Assembly (NCBI RefSeq): GCF_963921235.1
Contig: NC_086109.1
Span: 33,668,001-33,732,000, forward strand
Direction of reading: 5' to 3'
DNA from: Mobula hypostoma
Taxonomy: Eukaryota
Length of the DNA: 64,000 nt
Under the pieces are notes generated by a model, which saw nothing but the letters and a program-made list of their open reading frames with translations, was not told the origin of the DNA and did no database searches. Made by a program: the position numbers and the translations under genes. Below are positions 61,005-64,000 of this stretch, piece by piece (the stretch's first letter is position 1; every line of letters starts with the position of its first letter).

Positions 61005-61700
61005 GGTCATTGAAAAGGAGAATTATTGCATAGTTTTTCATTGATTTTATTGTATTTCTTTATTCTACTGTGAATGGCTGCAAGAAAATGAATCTTAGGG
61101 TAGTATACAGTGACATAAACGTACTTTGATAATAAGTTTACTTTGAACTTTAGTAAGGTGATGCTAAGGGCAGCTGGTGAGAGGCCTGCACTGATATTCA
61201 TCTGTTTTTTATTGTAAATCATAAGACACTGCGGCTATGAGATGAAGTGGGATTTGAGAAGAAGGATTAGGTTTGACAGTACTGTCATCTTCAATAGATT
61301 CAGTCTTATTACTGGCATAGATATTCAAAGTGCAAAGTACTTATATGAAAATGTGCAAAGGAAGACAAACAATGAGGCCTCAAGAAGGATCTCCGCCCAA
61401 AACATTGTTTATTTTATTCCATAGATGCTGCTTGACCTATTGAGTTCTTCTAGTGTATTGTGTATGATGCTTTGGACTTCCAGCATCTGCAGACTCTGTC
61501 CTGTTTGAGATTGCACAAATATAATAATAATAATAAATAAACAAACAAACAAATAAATTATACTGAGAACGTGAGTTATAGAGCCCTTGAAACTTAATCC
61601 ATCAGTTGTGGAATCAGTTCAGGGTTGAGGTGAGTGATGTTTTCCATTCTTTTTCAAGAAATGTAATAACTGTTCCTGAACTGTGGTGGTGGACAATGTG
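61005..61700. mobile_element. Patchwork of Rex-type tails and a decayed Penelope tail (61375-61508)
   Basis: GATAATAAGTTTACTTTGAACTTT (61128-61151); CAAGAAGGATCTCCGCCCAAAACATTG...AGATGCTGCTTGACC...TTCCAGCATCTGCAG. Confidence 0.6.
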
Positions 61701-62049
61701 CCTAGGTTCCTCCACTGACCAATATGGTTTGTCAGAGTCTGCCAACCTCATAGTAGTTGCTGATTTGGTGTCACTTTGCCGTGCAGTAGAAAAGGAGGTG
61801 CATCACCAACTGATACCAAAACTTTTAGGTGGAATACCTACTATGTCTGAATGGCTGACAGGACATGCAAGCTGTGAGATGAAACATGAGCTGGCAGCAA
61901 TGTTGAGGTGATGAAGTGAAAGAATGATAGGTAACTGTTGTGATTGACTAATGATGGGGGGTGTGGGGTAGTGAAAAGTGCAGGAGGCTGTTGACATAAT
62001 TGGTAAGAAAAGGCATTTGTATTTGCTGATCTTAACCCTCTTAACTCTC

Positions 62050-62402
62050 CATGGCCTGGATAGAGTGGATGTGGAGAGGATGATTCTCTTAGCGGGGGAG
62101 TCTGGGACCAGAGGGCACTGCCAAAAATTAGAGGGATATCCCTTTAGAACAGAGATTTTTGAGGGTGATGAATCTGTGGAATTCATTGACACAGAAGGCT
62201 GTGGAGGCCAAGTCATTTAGTATATTTGAAGCAGAGGTTGATTGGTTCTTGATTAGTAAGGGCATCAAAGGTAATAAGGAGAAGTCAGGGGAATAGGATT
62301 GAGAGGGATGGGGATAATAAATCAGCCATGTCGGAATGGCGGAGCAGATTCAGTGGGCCAAAAGGCCTGTTCTCTTTCTATGTCTTTTGGTCTCATGGTC
62401 TT
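62050..62402 (+). mobile_element. CR1 3' end
   Basis: GLDRVDVERMILLAGESGTRGH (61978..62220); CTATGTCTTTTGGTCTCATGGTC tail. Confidence 0.85.
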
Positions 62403-62567
62403 ATCACCCAGATGCTTGGTGTTTAACACAGCTTTCTTCTTCTAATCCTATCACAGCACACATGAAGGCATTCGGAGCACTTTAATTATGAGGAAAGACT
62501 GGAAGGCAGGGTTTGTTTTCCTTCAGGCTGAGGGGATCATGAGAGAAGGGTACAGAACTTAGAAGGA

Positions 62568-62895
62568 ATTAAAGATTTGAAAGATTGAAGAATTAGCTTT
62601 ATTTGTCACATACATCAAAGCTTTTAATCGTACAATAGAATGTGTCTTCTGTGTCAATGACCAGCATAGTCTAAGGTTGTCCTGGGGCAGTTTGCAAGTG
62701 ACCTCATGTTTCCAGTGCCAACATAGCATACCCAAAACTTACTAACCCTAACCCCTACAGTTTCCTGGAATGTGGGAGGAAATGGGAGCATCCGGAGGAA
62801 ACCCACATGGTCAAGGGGGTAACATACGAACTCCTTACAGACAGTGGTGGGAATTGAACCCAGATCTTACAGCTGGCACTCTAAAGCATTACTCT
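62568..62895 (-). mobile_element. tRNA-derived V-SINE/HE1-like SINE
   Basis: Antisense box B GGTTCAATTCCC (~62849-62860), core GAATGTGGGAGGAAATGGGAGCATCCGGAGGAAACCCAC, Rex-type tail CTTTATTTGTCACAT with AAGATT repeats. Confidence 0.8.
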
Positions 62896-63252
62896 TCTTC
62901 GCAGCCCAGAGATGGCAGATGGTAGGAAACTATAAAAATGAGAAAATCTGCAGATGTTGGAAATCCAAAGCAATGCACAAAAAATTCTGGAAGAATTCAG
63001 CAGGTCAGGCAGCATCCAGGGAAATGAATAACCATTTCCTTGGGGATAGGAAACTATTCACTGTGGCAGAGATATTGAAAAGTAGAGGGCACGGGTTTAT
63101 GGTGGAATCTCGGTTGGGTGGGTAAAGAATGTGGACAGAATAATATGGGTAACAATAGGATTAGTGTAACAGGGTGTTCGATGACCACCACAGACCTGGT
63201 TGGCTAAACGGCCTGTTTCCATGATGTATCTCCTAGTTTCTCCATGACTCTA

Positions 63253-63865
63253 CACTCATTGGTCACTTTATTAGGCTCCTACTATACCTATGTTCGTGGT
63301 CTGCTGCTGCTGTAGCTCATCCACTTCAAGGTTCATTGTGTTGTGCCAGCCGAGATGCACTTCTACACACTACTGTTGTAACACAAGGTTATTTGATTTA
63401 CTGATGCCTTCCTGGCCGCTTGAACCAGTTTGGCCATTCTCCTCCGAGAGGTGATTTCACCCACTGAACGGCCGCTCACTGGGTGTGTTTTGTTGGTCGC
63501 GTAATTCTCTGTGAACCCTAGAGCAGGAGTTCTGAACCTGGGGTCCACAGATCCCCCAGTCAATGGGAGGGGTCCGTGGCATAAAAAGGGTTGAGAACTC
63601 CTGCTCTAGAGACTGCTGTGTGTGAAAATCCCAGGACATCAGCAGTTTCTGAGTTATTCAAACCAGCCCAGCTGGCATTAGCAATCACACCACAGTCAAA
63701 GTCGCTTCAATCACATTTCTTCTCCATTCTGGTGTTTGGTCTGAACAACAACTGAAACTCTTGATCCTGTCTGCATACTTTTATACATTCAGTTGCTGCC
63801 ACGTGATTGGCTGATTAGATAGTTGCATTACTGAACAGGTGTTTCTAATAAATTGCCACCAAGTG
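63253..63865 (-). mobile_element. Non-autonomous Tc1-type element
   Basis: TA-CACTCATTGGTCACTTTATTAGG ... CTAATAAATTGCCACCAAGTG-TA; transposase remnant RRRMAKLVQAARKASVNQITLCYNS (63363..63563). Confidence 0.85.
63524..63603. mobile_element. 80-bp hAT/Charlie-type MITE nested in the Tc1 element
   Basis: TIRs CAGGAGTTCTGAACC / GGTTGAGAACTCCTG; 8-bp TSD CCCTAGAG / CTCTAGAG fitting the Charlie NTCTAGAN preference. Confidence 0.9.
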
Positions 63866-64000
63866 TATGTACCTAGATAAGCATCTGATTCACCAAAGCA
63901 TAGAAGGCAACAGATAAAGTGCAGTCAAATGGAAAACCGCAATGCCTGTAGTCTCCAGTGTGGAGACCAGTCACAATCAATTCCAGAACCTCTGCTACCT

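Noticed and set aside
62840..62895. Box B-like GGTTCAATTCCC suggesting a tRNA gene
   Set aside because: It is the head of a tRNA-derived SINE; no cloverleaf can be formed.

Overview
Eukaryotic, repeat-dominated genomic DNA. No prokaryotic genes, rRNA, tRNA or CRISPR arrays are present. The repeat set (many CR1 and Rex1/Babar LINEs, HE1/V-SINE-like SINEs, Penelope elements, fish-type L1, sushi-type Gypsy) points to a cartilaginous fish, probably a ray (inference). Almost every ORF in the track is a decayed transposon fragment or its antisense shadow. Main structures readable from the sequence: (1) a four-level nest at 0.9-9.5 kb: CR1 > Tigger (TA, 20-bp TIRs) > near-full-length RNase H-containing Nimb/I-clade LINE (11-bp TSD) > 1.57-kb Gypsy-type solo LTR with 35-bp and 58-bp tandem arrays (5-bp TSD); (2) a second nest at 22-31 kb in a Rex1 host; (3) two Penelope families carrying minimal hammerhead-ribozyme motifs, each with a tail-out inverted insertion bounded by a TSD; (4) a fold-back mariner-type MITE with five TIR copies; (5) two near-complete CR1 ORF2 copies and two decayed Gypsy elements. 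The few unique stretches hold up to three candidate + strand exons (31.2, 48.7, 58.2 kb; gene not recognised) and a Hox/Cdx-motif-rich candidate enhancer (57.3-58.0 kb). I found no evidence for a wholly new biological system; the best leads are the ribozyme-bearing Penelope derivatives, the unidentified exon chain and the repeat-expanded LTR.
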